From NCBI GenBank assembly GCA_030390025.1, contig CM059432.1, positions 62,001 to 126,000 of the forward strand: a stretch of 64,000 nucleotides of DNA. The letters are read 5' to 3'. Shown here one piece after another: positions 24,112 to 36,445 of the stretch. The notes beneath the pieces were generated by a model. That model saw only the letters and a list, made by a program, of their open reading frames with translations. It searched no databases and was not told the origin of the DNA. Within the stretch, counting starts at the first letter, position 1; each line of letters begins with the position of its first letter. Both the position numbers and the translations under genes were made by a program. Origin of the DNA: Squalus acanthias (lineage: Eukaryota).

Positions 24112-25758
24112 AAGTGCAAGTTAGAAAAGTAGTCAGCAAAACTAGTAGGGAGCAGAAACAAAGGCCAACAGTAAAGAGGGTCAAAGTGCAGAAAAATATT
24201 AAACAGGCAAAGTTGAAGGCACTTTATCTAAATGCACGTAGCATTCGCAACAAGGTGAATGAATTAATGGCATTAATAGAAGTAAATGGGTATGATGTAA
24301 TTGCCATTGCAGAGACATGGTTGCAGGGTAACCAAAGCTGGGAACTGAATGTTCCAGGGTACTCAACATTTAGGAAGGACAGACAAAAAGGAAAAGGAGG
24401 TGGCGTAGCGCTGTTAATAAGGGATGAGTTCGATACGGTAGAGATAAAAGATCTTGGCTCGGCAGATCGTGATGTAGAACTGGAATCAGTTTGGGTGGAG
24501 CAAAGAAACAGCAAAGGGCAGAAAACATTGGTGGGAGTTGTGTATCGGCCACCAAACAGTAATGGTAATGTAGGGCACAGTATCAATCAAGAAATTAGAA
24601 GTGCATGTAACAAGGGCAATACGGTAATCATGGGGGACTTTAATCTACATATTGACTGGGCAAATCAAATTACCACTAATGGTGTGGAGGACGAATTCTT
24701 GGAATGCATGCGAGATGGTTTCCTGGATCAGTATGTGGAGGAACCAACCAGGGAACAGGTTATTCTGGATCTGCTACTGTGTAATGAGAAAGGGCTAATC
24801 AATAATCTTGTGGTAAAGGGGCCTTTAGGGACAAGTGACCATATATATGATTGAATTTTACATTAAGTTTGAGAGTGATGTAGTCCAATCTGAAACTAAG
24901 GTCTTCAATCTAAACAGAGGAAACTACAAGGGTATGAGGGACAAGTTGGCCATGGTAGATTGGGAGACTACACTAAAAGGTATGAAGGTGGACATACAAT
25001 GGCTAACATTCAAGGAAATAATGCATAATTTGCAACAAACATATAATCCTCTCGGGCATAAAAACCCAAAAGGAAAAGTGATCCAACCATGGCTAACAAA
25101 AGAAATTAAAGCTAGTATTAAGTCAAAGGAGGAAGCTTATAAAGTTGCCAGAAAAAGTGGTCAGCTTGAGGATTGGGATCTTTTTAGAAATCAGCAAAGG
25201 GGAAGCAAGAAATTGATAAAGAAAGGGAAAATGGAATATGAGCACAATCTAGCGAAAAATATAAAAACGGATTGTAAAAGCTTCTATAGGTATGTGAAAA
25301 GGAAAAGACTGGCGAAGGTAAATGTAGGTCCTTTACAGTCAGAGACGGGAGAATTTATAATGGTGAATGAGGAAATGGCAGTGAAACTAAAAAGATACTT
25401 TGGGGTAGAAATTAGGTCGCGCCCCATTTGGGGCGCAAATATCGTCCGCGCGCAAATATTAGCGCCTGGCGCTAATTATCGGCACTGACAGGAAACTTCA
25501 CTTTTACCGCCCCGGGAGGTGAGTGGAGCGCTAAATTAGGCGCTGCACACCTCTCTTAAGGCGCAAAGGCCTAGGAGTGAGGCGCTACCTCAGCGCACGA
25601 GCGCAGCGCAGCTGCTGTCAGTTAGCGAGGGAACACAGACACACTGGCGCCGGACACTTCTTAAAGCGGGGGGGGCCACTTGCTCCCCAGCCACACCCTG
25701 CTCATTGCAGCCTTGAATCTCAGCCTGGAGAGACCTGTAATCCATTTTGCTGCCAAGC

Positions 25759-27669
25759 ATGGAGAGGGTGAGAGAACGCGCTCATCGCTTCACCGAGCGG
25801 GCCTTGGATGCTCTGGTTGACGCAGTGGAGCGCAGACGATGCATGCTGTTCCTGGAGAGTGGCAGGAGGCCTTTGCCACGCGAGTTCAGAAGAGTGTGGA
25901 GGGAGGTGGCTCAGAGCGTCTCCTCCAGGAGCATGGTGCCCAGGACCCATGTTCAGTGCCGCAAAAAGTTCAACGACCTCACTCGGGTCGTCAGGGTGAG
26001 TGGCTTTTTCTCAATACCTCTCCATCCCTCCATCTCAACCTCACTCTATGGCCAGAGGGTCTTAAAACCCCAATGCACAACACTCATGCAACACCTATGG
26101 CCCTTTCATCAAACACACACACACATTCCACACTTTGCATACAGTAAGGGCTATTCACCTATGGGAGGCACATCAGGCAAGACCATGGCTGCATATTGTA
26201 AGGGCTATTCACCTATGGGAGGCACATCAGGCAAGACCATGGCTGCATATTGACTCAGATGCTGTCCTTTTTCTTGCAGGCTAAGCTGGCTCATAATCGG
26301 AGACAGCAGCAACGGACGGGTGGAGGGCGGCTTCAGCTGCAACCCCTCAGCGATCTGGAGGAGCGCGTCCACAGGATTGTGGCAAGCCGGGTGATCGGTC
26401 CCGTCGCCACTGGGGACGCCGACCCCGTTGTGGACAGCAATGGTAAGGTCATCACCTTTTTGTCCTCTGTCCTTCCACTTGTCCCTCACAATACCAGCCT
26501 TTGACACTTTCAATCCAACTTGCTAACTCGCTGCACTTATTCCTCCCTTACTGCCACCCTGTCCTCACGCTAAAGCCACTCTTGTACCTCCCTGCTTTCA
26601 GATGGTGATTCACCAGCTGAGGAGATGGTCCCTGAAGCTGCCACTGGGAGTGATGCTGCAGCTGAGGAGGAAGAGGAAGCCGGAGCATCAGTGCCACCCT
26701 CTCCCGAGGAAGCCCATGGCCACACTGGGAACACGCCTTCCCCGGAGGGGAGCAGGGGGGAAGGGGCTGATGATGGTGAAGTTCCAGGACCCAGCGGGCT
26801 GCAGCAACGCCATTGGGGGGGGAGGGAAGAACGGGGGAGCAGGGGGGAAGGGGCTGATGATGGTGAAGCTCCAGGACCCAGCGGGCTGCAGCCACGCCAT
26901 GGGTGGGGGGAGGGAAGAACGGGAGCCTTCTCCCCAGAGGGAGAGTATGCCAGACACTCCTAATGCAATGGACGCAGAGGAGGAGCGGCTGATTGCAGAA
27001 ATGAACAGCCAGGCGGTGGGCATGCACACTGAGCTCATGGGTGCAGTGGGAAGGGTGCCCGAATGCATTGAGGCACTGGCAAGGAGTGTGGAGCACTTCG
27101 CTGTAGCACAGGCGGATGCCACACTAAAGCTTAGTGCTGCAATTCAGTCACTGGCTGCCAGGAACCCATCTGAGACTGCTCTCATGCAGACTCAGATTGA
27201 GGCCACGCGAGCACTGACTGCTGCCATCCTCGATGGTTCGTGCACATGTCCCCGGGGCTGTCACCGTGCCGCAGCAGGCCAGCAATCTGTTCTCCGGCAA
27301 ATTGCTCCGGATGCTGAAGTGCTGCCCCGTGGGAGTGCCAGTGTGTCGGGCGAGCAGGGAGTTGCTGTCCTCTCTCACGATGACAGCATTCCTGCTGCCA
27401 ACACTGTCACTTCTCCACTGCACTTGCCACCGCCTGTAGGACAGACTGCTGCCGCCCATGCAGAGTTGGTGCAGTCTGCAGCCGGGCCCTCCAGGCCCAG
27501 AAGTGGTCGAGGCCGTCCTTCAGGGGCATCTGCAGTGTCAGGGTCTGACAAGCAGCAGCCTTCCACCAGCCTTGCTGCAGCCACTGAGGTCCCATTACGG
27601 AGGAGCAGTAGGGTTAGAAGGGGGGAAGTGCGCAAGGGAAGGAGATCACCCTCGAAGGGCAAAAAGTAG
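25759..27669 (+). CDS. Harbinger Myb/SANT-like DNA-binding protein, 3 exons (25759-25995, 26280-26442, 26602-27669), apparent +1 frameshift near 26900
   Basis: RFTERALDALV...W.EVA..VS...RT..QCRKKFNDL | AKLAHNRR...TGGG. GT-AG sites have compatible phases (0 and 1). AATAAA at 27847. Confidence 0.8.
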
Positions 27670-27963
27670 GAGGTGTGCCAAAATGCTGGTCATTTTTTTA
27701 TTAAAGGCCGAGGTTCATGGCCCAACTTTTGTTTAGTGTTTTGGACATTATCTCCAGGTTGTGAGAACCAGTTATGTTATTGACTGTTTTTTTGTGTTTA
27801 TTTCTATGAGTTTGTCATGAGGAATTGACACACACAGAGTTTGTACAATAAATAAGTTTCTGTATTCAAAATATACATGGCTGGTGGTTGGAATTATTGG
27901 TGCCTTGGCCGGCTTAGGGGTTGCGTGCTGGGTTGATTCGTGTTTGTAGCAATGGCAGGGGCC

Positions 27964-29124
27964 CTAGAAGCGGCTTGCTATCAGCCGTTGACGGACGGCC
28001 CTTGCAGTTTGACCATTGTGGGCCGCCCTCCTGCCTTGGTGCTGCTGCTGATCATCGTCCTCGGCCTGTTCCTCCTCTTCCTCCTCCTCCTCTTGTGGTG
28101 CTGCAAGGCCTGGTGGCATTGGCTGCGTCCTGAGGATTGCCATGTTGTGCAACATGCAGCACACCACTACGAATTTGGAAACTTGCTCAGGCGAGTACTG
28201 CAGGGCTCCTCCGGAATGGTCCAGACAGCGGAATCGTTGTTTGAGCACGCCGATTGTGCGCTCAATAATGTTCCTGGTTGCTTGTTGGCTTTCCTGGTAC
28301 CGCAGCTCAGCAGGGGTGTTTGGCGCACGGAGCGGTGTCATCAGCCAGGTGCTCAATGCGTACCCCTTGTCCCCCAGAAGCCAACCAACTGGCTGATGCG
28401 GTGCCTCGAAAATTTCTGCCACAGTACTCTGGCGCAGGATGAAAGCATCGTGGCAGCTGCCCGGATAGTGGGCATTGACAGCGAGAATCACCTGTCTGTG
28501 GTCACAGACCAACTGCACATTCAAGGAATGGAACCCCTTTCTGTTCCGGAACTCCTCTGCATTCTCTCGCGGAGCACGCAAAGCCACATGCGTGCAGTCA
28601 ATGGCGCCCTGCACCATGGGGAAGCCCGCTACCCTCGCAAAGCCCATAGCACGGTCATGCTGCTTGTCTGGGGTCATAGGGAAGGAGATGAAGTCTCGTC
28701 TCCTTGTGAAGAGGGCATTGGTGACCTGCCGGATGCAGCGATGCACCGCAAACTGGGAGATATTGGCGAGGTCCCCAACAGCAGCTTGGAATGAGCCAGT
28801 GGCGTAGAAGTTCAAAGCCACTGTGACCTTCACTGCCACCGACAGAGACGTCCTGGACCTCAGCTGAGGCTGCAGATCTGGCTGCAGCAGGTGGCAGAGC
28901 TCAGTGACCACCTCCTTGCTGAATCGCAGCCTTCGCAAACACAGCTCCTCGGACATGTGGATGTAGGAGAGCTGTTCACGATATACCCTGGGAGGGTAAG
29001 CTCTCCTGTACATGCGCCTGATGGCCCTCCTCCGTCTGGCCATCATTGCCACTCTCTGTCTGCGTCTCACTATCCTCCGATTGAGCTGGAGCAGGACGAC
29101 GCCCCCAATCATTGCAGCCCCCAT
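27964..29124 (-). CDS. Harbinger DDE transposase (HARBI1-like, DDE_Tnp_4-type), 386 aa, intact
   Basis: Motifs GAIDCTH, NRKGFHSLNVQLVCD, PGSCHDA, LLGDKGY and IERTIGVLKQRFRCL. Confidence 0.93.
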   Translation of the reverse strand: MGAAMIGGVVLLQLNRRIVRRRQRVAMMARRRRAIRRMYRRAYPPRVYREQLSYIHMSEELCLRRLRFSKEVVTELCHLLQPDLQPQLRSRTSLSVAVKVTVALNFYATGSFQAAVGDLANISQFAVHRCIRQVTNALFTRRRDFISFPMTPDKQHDRAMGFARVAGFPMVQGAIDCTHVALRAPRENAEEFRNRKGFHSLNVQLVCDHRQVILAVNAHYPGSCHDAFILRQSTVAEIFEAPHQPVGWLLGDKGYALSTWLMTPLRAPNTPAELRYQESQQATRNIIERTIGVLKQRFRCLDHSGGALQYSPEQVSKFVVVCCMLHNMAILRTQPMPPGLAAPQEEEEEEEEQAEDDDQQQHQGRRAAHNGQTARAVRQRLIASRF

Positions 29125-31680
29125 ATTCTCTTTGCCAGAAAAGTAATGAGGTACAGCAACGAAAGTAGCAGCAAAGTTAGGATGAACTAGGCAAAACTAC
29201 CTCACAAAGCGTTGAGTCAATGTAGAAGTCTCTCTCTCTCTCTCTCCGAATCTCTCTCTCTCTCTCAGAACGAGTGGTGCATAAATGTCGACCACAGAAA
29301 AAGACAGGAAGAGGCCCCCTTTAAATAGCGCCCCCCCCAGCCCCACACCGATTGATAACGTTCCAGTCTTCCGGTCGTTGGAAGCGCCAGGCGGTAAGGC
29401 AGGGGGCGCCACTCAATTTCCGCTCCGGGGCGCCCCAAGGGCGTTGCACCACGGAATGACGTCACAATCTGCGCGCGCAGGTGGCCGCAGCGGTAAGTTT
29501 TAGCGCCGCCGCACAATCTCAAGTTAAGTTCTCGAGCGGAGCAAACAGCGCTGCGCCCGGGCGTTAGCGCCTTAACGCCCCATTAGCGCCCTTTTAAGGC
29601 GCTAACGGGAGGCGCAACCAACTGAATTTTTACCCCTTTGTTTCTGTCTTCACGGAGTCAGACACAAAAAACCTCCCAGAAATACGAGAAAACCAAGGGT
29701 GTGACGAGAATGAGGAACTTAAAGAAATTATTAGTAAAAAAACAGTACTAGCAAAATTAATGGGACTAAAAGTCGATAAATCCCAAGGACCGGAAGACCT
29801 ATTTCCTCGGGTTTTGAAAGAGGTGGCCATTGGAATAGTGGACGCATTGGTTGTCATCTTCCAAAATTCTATAGATTCTGGAACGGTTCCTGCAAATTGG
29901 AGGATAGCAAATGTAACCCCGCTATTTAAGAAAGGAGGGAGAGAGAAAACGGGGAACTACAGACCTGTTATAAAGGATGCAATAACTGGGCACTTAGAAA
30001 CTAATAGTAAGATTGGGCAGAGTCAACATGAATTTATGAAAGGGAAATCCTGTTGGACAAACCTATTGGAGTTCTTTGAGGATGTAACTCGTGGAGAAGA
30101 CAAAGGGGAACTGGTAGATGTGGTATATCTGGATTTTCAGAAAGCCTTCGATAAGGTCCCACACAAGAGGTTGGTGAACAAAATTAGGGCACATGGAATT
30201 GGGGGTAATATACTAGCATAGATTGAGAATTGGTTAACAGATAGAAAACAAAGAGTAGGGATAAACGGGTCTTTTTCAGGATGGCAGGCTGTGACTAGTG
30301 GGGTACCGCAAGGATCGTTGCTTGGGCCCCAGCTATTCACAATCTATATCAATGATTTGGATGAGGGGACTAAATGTAACATTTCCAAATTTGCTGATGA
30401 TACAAAGCTAGGTGGCAGTGTCAGTTGCGAAGAGGATGTGAAGAGGCTTCAAGGGGATCTCGACAGGCTCAGTGAGTGGGCGAGAACATGGCAGATGGAA
30501 TATAATGTGGATAAATGTGAAGTTATCCACTTTGGGAGAAAAAACAGAAAGGCAGTGTATTTCCTAAATGGTGAAAGATTGGGGAATGCAGATGCTCAAA
30601 GGGTCCTGGATGTCCTTGTACATGAGTCACTGAAAGTGAATGTGCAGGTGCAGCAAGCCATTAGGAAGGCAAATGGTATGCTGGCCTTCATTACAAGAGG
30701 ATTTGAGTACAGGAGTAAAGAAGTCTTACTCCAATTATATAGGGCCTTGGTGAGACCACACCTGGAGTACTGTGTACAGTTTTGGTCTCCTTACCTAAGG
30801 AAGGATATACTTACCATAGAGGGAGTGCAACGAAGGTTCACGAGATTGATTCCCGGGATGGCGGAACTGTCGTATGAGAAGAGATTGAGTAAACTAGGCC
30901 TGTATTCTCTTGAATTCAGAAGAATGAGAGGGGTCTCATTGAAGCATACAAAATTATTACAGGGCTTGATAGGGTGGATGCTGGGAGAATGTTTCGCTTG
31001 GCCGGGGAGTCTAGAACCAGGGGCCACAGCCTCAGGATAAAGGGTAGGCCATTCAGGACTGAGATGAGAAGAAATGTCTTCACACAGAGGGTGGTGAATC
31101 TTTGGAATTCTCTACCCCAGAGGGCTGTGGAGGTTCAGTCATTGGGTATATTCAAAACAGAAGTCGATAGATTTCTGACTAGTAAGGGCATCAAGGGATA
31201 TGGCGATAGGGCCGCTGAATGGAGTTGAGGCAGAAGATCAGCCATGATCTCATTGAATGGCGGAGCAGGCTCGAAGGGCCGAATGGCCGACTCCTGCTCC
31301 TATTTTTCTATGTTTCTATGTTTCAGTGATACTTCCCTCAAACAAGAGTTCCTGACCGACCTGTTCTTCAATCCTTTCAGGAGTTTTATGAAGAGTCACT
31401 TATTTCTTTGCACAAGCATCTCTCATAGAGAATACTCAGACATTTGGAGCAGAAGATAAGACCTGCTTTCCCTGCTGCACCCCCGCTGCTATCCTGTTCA
31501 CCTCGGAAAGCCAGTTGCTCCAAGCCACAAGGAAGTTCGATTATTAAGAACATAAGAATTAGGAGCAGGAGCCGGCCATTCGGCTCCTCGAGCCTGCTCC
31601 GCCATTTAATGAGATCATGGCTGATCTTTGACCTCAACTCCACTTTCCCGCCCGATCTCCATATCCCTTTGATTCCCTTA

Positions 31681-32484
31681 GGGGGAAAAATTCGGTTGGT
31701 TAGAGCCTCCTGTTAGAGCCTCCGGGGGGCGCTAACGGGCCGCTAGGAACTTAGTGCCCGAGCGCGGTCATTTTAGCCCCATTCGCGAAATTGACCAGTC
31801 ATTTTGCGGCGACGCTAAACACTACCGTCACAATCTCCTGCGCCCACAAATCGTGGCATCAGTCAAGCGTGCAACACCCCGGTAGCACCCCAGACCGGAT
31901 ATTGAGTCGCGCCCCCTGCCTTAGCGCCTGCCGCTAGGAACAACAGGTAGAGGGGATCGTTTTCAAGTCGGGAGGGGGCTGGGGGAGCGCTATTTAAAGG
32001 CGGGCGCTTCCTGCCTTTTCTTGTCGGCAAAATGTTTGGTTTTAACACTGTCCTAAGGAGTTTTGGCCCTCAGCACCACTTTTGAGGTTCCTAAGTGCCG
32101 AACTCTTTCCCTGGGTCGAACCATCAGTGCTTCCAACACAATTGCGTTTGAGGTCTCTGCAGGCCGAGATTCAAGGCTGCAATGAGCAGGGAGTGGCTGG
32201 CTAGCAAGATGGCCCCTCCCCTTGAAGAACTGGACGGCGCCAGTCTGTCTGGCTTCCATGGTAACTGGCATCGCCTGAGCTTCGGTAGCGTTCTGAGGTA
32301 GCGCCTCGCTCCCCGACATTTGCGCCTTAAGAAAGGTGTGTAGCGCCTGATTTAGCGCTCAAATCACCTCCAGGGGCGATAGAGACGAATTTTGTAGTCG
32401 GAGGTGATAATTAGCGCCGGGCGCTAAACTTTGCGCCCGGCCAATATTAGTGCCCCAAAATGGCCGATACCCAATTACTCCCCC
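31681..32484 (-). mobile_element. Non-autonomous Harbinger deletion derivative (~800 bp) inside a CR1 3' end
   Basis: Ends GGGGGAAAAATT / AATTACTCCCCC. Internal homology to both ends of the 25402-29636 element (PAHCSLES...RER and KRPPLNSAPP segments). Flanks TTA/CGA are not a clean TSD. Confidence 0.75.
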
Positions 32485-33527
32485 CGAGAGTCCATAAATC
32501 TATCGATCTCAGCCTTGAATATACTCAATGATTCAACATCCACAGCCCTCTGGGGTAGAGAATTCCAAAGATTCACCACCCTCTGAGTGAAGAAATTTCT
32601 CCTCATCTCGATCTTAAATGGCCTACCCCTTATCCTGAGACTATGCCCCCTAGTTCTAGACACTCCAGCCAAGGGAAACATCCTCCCTGCATCTATCCTG
32701 TAAGAATTTTGTTTGTTTCAATGAGATCACCCCTCATTCTTCTAAACTCCAGAGAATATAGGCCTAGTCTGCTCAATCTGTCCTCATAGGACAATCCCCG
32801 CATCCCAGGAACCAGTCTGGTGAACCTTCCTTGCACTCCCTCTATGGCAAGTATATCCTTCCTTAGGTAAACATGACCAAGAATCTATCAGATTGTCGTA
32901 AAAGCCCAACTGATTCACTCATGTCCCTTTAGGGAAGGAAACCTGCCGTCCTTACCCGGTCTGGGCCTATAGGTGACTCCAGTCCCACACTAACCTGCTT
33001 GACCCTGAACTGCCCCATGAAGTAGCCCAGCGAGACACTCAGTTGTATCAGACCTGCTATTGGGGAACTGGGGATGGGCAAAAAACGTCGGCCTTGCCAG
33101 CGACGCCCACATCCCGATAATGAATAAATAAATAAAAAGTGCTTGAGAGCGAGTTGAGAGATATTGTGAATGACAAAAGGAAAATGTTAAATCACAACAG
33201 AAAATGCTGGGAACACTCAGCAGGTCAGGCAGCATCGAGGAGAGAGAAACAGAGTCAACGTTTCCAGTCGGGGAACCTTCGTCAGAAGGAAAATGTTAGT
33301 TTGGCTAAAGGAAGACAAAGCATCAGGAGCTGATGGGATTAATCCTGGGATCCTGAGGGAGATTGAGGAGATAATTGGAGATTATATTACTGGGTCTACT
33401 GAGTGTGGATGTGTGCCCGAGGACTGGAGAGTGATCAATGTATTAGAGTCATAGTCATAGAGTTATACAGCACAGAAAGAGGCCATCGGCCCATCGTGTC
33501 CGCGCCGGCCATCAAGCCCTGTCTAAT

Positions 33528-36290
33528 CTAATCCCATATTCCAGCATTTGGTCCGTAGCCTTGTATGCTATGGCATTTCAAGTGCTCATCCAAATGCTTC
33601 TTGAATGTTGTGAGGGTTCCTGCCTCCACAACCCTTTCAGGCATTGAGTTCCAGATTCCAACCACCCTCTGGGTGAAAAAGTTCTTTCTCAAATCCCTTC
33701 TAAACCTCCCGCCCTTTACCTTTAATCTATGCCCCCTTGTTATAGACCCCTCTACTAAGGGAAAAAGCTCCTTAGTATCCATCCTATCTATGCCCCTCAT
33801 AATTTTGTACACCTCAATCATGTCCCCCCTCAGCCTCCTCTGCTCCAAGGAAAACAAACCCAATCTGCCCAGTCTCTCTTCATAGCTGAAGCACTCCAGC
33901 CCGGGTAACATTCTGGTGAATCTCCTCTGCACCCTCTCCAAAGCGATCACATCCTTCCTGTAGTGTGGCGACCAGAACTGCACACAGTATTCCAGATGTG
34001 GCCTAACCAGTGTTTTATACAGCTCCATCATAACCTCCTTGCTCTTATATTCTATGCCTCGGCTAATGAATGCAAGTATCCCATATGCCTTTTTTACCAC
34101 CTTATCCACCTGTTCCGCCGCCTTCAGGGATCTGTGTACTTGCACACCAAGATCCCTCTGACCCTCCGTCTTGCCTAGGGTCTTAGCATTCATTGTGTAT
34201 TCCCTTGCCTTGTTAGTCCCTCCAAAGTGCATCACCTCACACTTTTCCGGATTAAATTCCATTTGCCAATGTTCCGCCCATCTGACCAACCCATCTATAT
34301 CGTCCTGCAGACTGAGGCTACCCTCCTCGCTATTTACCACCCTACCAATTTTTGTATCATCCGCGAACTTACTGATCATACCTTTTACATTCATATCCAA
34401 GTCGTTAATGTAGACCACAAACAGCAAGGGACCCAGCACCGATCCCTGCGGTACCCCACTGGCCACAGGCTTCCAGTCACAAAAACAACCTTCGACCATC
34501 ACCCTCTTGCTTCTGCCACTGAGCCAGTTTTGTATCCAATGTGCCAAGGCACCCTGGATTCCATGGGCACTTACCTTCTTGACCAGTCTCCTGTGCGGGA
34601 CTTTATCGAAGGCCTTACTGAAATCCATGTATACCACATCCACTGCGTTACCCTCATCCACACACCTAGTCACCCCCTCAAAAAATTCAATCAAATTAGT
34701 CAGACATGATCTTCCCTTGACAAAGCCATGTTGGCTAACCATGATTAATCCTTGCCTCTCCAAGTGGAGACTAATTTTGTCCCTCAGAATTTTTTCCAAT
34801 AATTTTCCTACCACTGATGTTAGGCTCACTGGCCTGTAGTTCCCCGGTTTTTCCCTACTCCCTTTCTTGAATAATGGTACTACATTAGCGGTTCTCCAGT
34901 CCTCTGGCACATCCCCTGTGGCCAGAGAGGTTCTGAATATATGTGTTAGAGCCCTCGCAATCTCCTCCTTTGCCTCACACAGCAGCCTGGGATACATTTC
35001 GTCCGGACCTGGGGACTTATCCATTTTTAGACATGCTAAAACCGCCAATACCTCCTCCCTCTCAATGTTAAAATGTTCGAGTATATCACAGTCCCCCTGC
35101 CCTAATTTTATGTCTGCATCGTCCTTCTCCATAGTGAAAACAGATGCAAAAAATTCATTTAGAATCCCACCTACATCTTCCGGCTCCACACACAGATTGC
35201 CACTTTTGTCCCTAATGGGCCCTATTTTTTCCCTAGTTATCCTCTTACCCTTAATATACTTATAAAACATCTTAGGATTTTCCTTTATTTTGCTCGCCAG
35301 TGTTATTTCATGGCCCTTCCTTGATCTCCTAATTTCTTTTTTAAGTATCCCCCTGCACTTTTTGTACTCCTCTAGTGCTTCCTCCGTCTTTAGCATTTTG
35401 TATCTGCCAAAAGCCCTCCTTTTTTTCCTGATCCATTCTCGTATATCCCCTGACATCCAAGATTCCCTGGGGTTTTTGGAACCACCCTTGACCTTTACGG
35501 GAACATGCTGCCATTGTATGATCTCAATCTCCCTTCTGAAAGAATCCCATTGCTCCGATGCGGATTTTCCTACAAGCAGCTGATCCCAGTCAATTTTGGC
35601 CAGATCCTGCCTTATCCTATTAAAATCGGCCTTCCCCCAACTTAGAACCTTTATTTCCGGCCCATCCCTGTCCTTTTCCATGACCACCTTAAATCTCACC
35701 GTATTATGGTCACTGTCACCAAAGTGCTCACCTACTAGCACTTCTTCCACTTGGCCGGCCACATTCCCTAGAATTAGGTCCAGTACCGGCCCCTCTCTTG
35801 TAGGACTTTCTACATGCTGGCTCAAAAAGCTCTCCTGGATGCACTTTAAGAATTTTGAACCCTCTAAGCCTTTCACACTCTGACTATCCCAGTTAATGTT
35901 GGGGAAGTTGAAGTCCCCCATTATTATTACCCTATTATTTGCACATTTCTCTGAGATTTGCCTACATATCTGTTCCTCTATCTCCCTCTGACTGTTTGGG
36001 GGCCTATAGTACGCTCCCAGCAAAGTGCTTGCCCCCTTTTTGTTTTTAAGCTCCACCCATATAGCCTCATTGGAGGAACCTGCTAATATATCATCCCTCC
36101 TTATGGCAGTAATTGATTCCTTAATTAATATTGCGACACCCCCTCCTCTTATACCTCCCCCTCTGTCTCGCCTGACGATTCTGTACCCCGGAATATTGAG
36201 CTGCCAGTCTTGTCCCTCCCTCAACCATGTCTCCGTGATAGCAACAATATCATACTCCCATGTGTTTATCAACACCTTCAGTTCATCCAC
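33528..36290 (-). CDS. CR1 ORF2p: APE endonuclease and reverse transcriptase (at least 920 aa; frame open upstream to ~36445)
   Basis: ITETWL, YRPP, GDFN, SDH, YMDFSKAFDKVPH, GVPQGSVLGP, KFADD; no stops. Confidence 0.93.
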   Translation of the reverse strand: MDELKVLINTWEYDIVAITETWLREGQDWQLNIPGYRIVRRDRGGGIRGGGVAILIKESITAIRRDDILAGSSNEAIWVELKNKKGASTLLGAYYRPPNSQREIEEQICRQISEKCANNRVIIMGDFNFPNINWDSQSVKGLEGSKFLKCIQESFLSQHVESPTREGPVLDLILGNVAGQVEEVLVGEHFGDSDHNTVRFKVVMEKDRDGPEIKVLSWGKADFNRIRQDLAKIDWDQLLVGKSASEQWDSFRREIEIIQWQHVPVKVKGGSKNPRESWMSGDIREWIRKKRRAFGRYKMLKTEEALEEYKKCRGILKKEIRRSRKGHEITLASKIKENPKMFYKYIKGKRITREKIGPIRDKSGNLCVEPEDVGGILNEFFASVFTMEKDDADIKLGQGDCDILEHFNIEREEVLAVLACLKMDKSPGPDEMYPRLLCEAKEEIARALTHIFRTSLATGDVPEDWRTANVVPLFKKGSREKPGNYRPVSLTSVVGKLLEKILRDKISLHLERQGLIMVSQHGFVKGRSCLTNLIEFFEGVTRCVDEGNAVDVVYMDFSKAFDKVPHRRLVKKVSAHGIQGALAHWIQNWLSGRSKRVMVEGCFCDWKPVASGVPQGSVLGPLLFVVYINDLDMNVKGMISKFADDTKIGRVVNSEEGSLSLQDDIDGLVRWAEHWQMEFNPEKCEVMHFGGTNKAREYTMNAKTLGKTEGQRDLGVQVHRSLKAAEQVDKVVKKAYGILAFISRGIEYKSKEVMMELYKTLVRPHLEYCVQFWSPHYRKDVIALERVQRRFTRMLPGLECFSYEERLGRLGLFSLEQRRLRGDMIEVYKIMRGIDRMDTKELFPLVEGSITRGHRLKVKGGRFRRDLRKNFFTQRVVGIWNSMPERVVEAGTLTTFKKHLDEHLKCHSIQGYGPNAGIWD

Positions 36291-36445
36291 CTTATTCGCT
36301 AGACTCCTTGCATTAAAATAGATGCCTTCCAGCCTTGCTCTTACATGTTTGCCCTGTCTTCCAAGCTGACTTGTTTTTTTCTCTATATTTGACTGTACAT
36401 CACCCCCTATTGTAGCTCCACTCTGTATCCCATCCCCCTGCCAAG

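Larger units (their letters stand above)
25402..29636. mobile_element. PIF/Harbinger DNA transposon, autonomous-type, 4235 bp, TSD TTT
   Basis: TIRs GGGGTAGAAATT / AATTTTTACCCC, 3-bp TTT duplication versus the empty site aaatacTTTgtttc (~61481), and two convergent genes. Confidence 0.93.
17741..31322 (+). mobile_element. Originally full-length CR1, split by a nested CR1 (19411-24111) and a Harbinger (25402-29636)
   Basis: Colinear with the uninterrupted paralog 58524-63165. Confidence 0.88.
1..32447. repeat. Segmental tandem duplication, unit 1 (~32 kb, actin-like gene unit)
   Basis: Sequence at 1 (tagtgccccaaaatggccgatacccaattactcccc) recurs at 32448. Colinear markers are shared: actin exons, LTR, minisatellites, RTE, CR1 ORF1. 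The unit boundary is arbitrary. Confidence 0.92.

Noticed and set aside
27940..28794. 284-aa plus-strand ORF with a hydrophobic stretch
   Set aside because: Antisense shadow of the transposase; the hydrophobic run mirrors its acidic tract.
27964..29124. Domesticated host HARBI1 gene
   Set aside because: Lies within TIRs and a TSD, inserted in a LINE, with an empty paralogous site, so it is a transposon copy.
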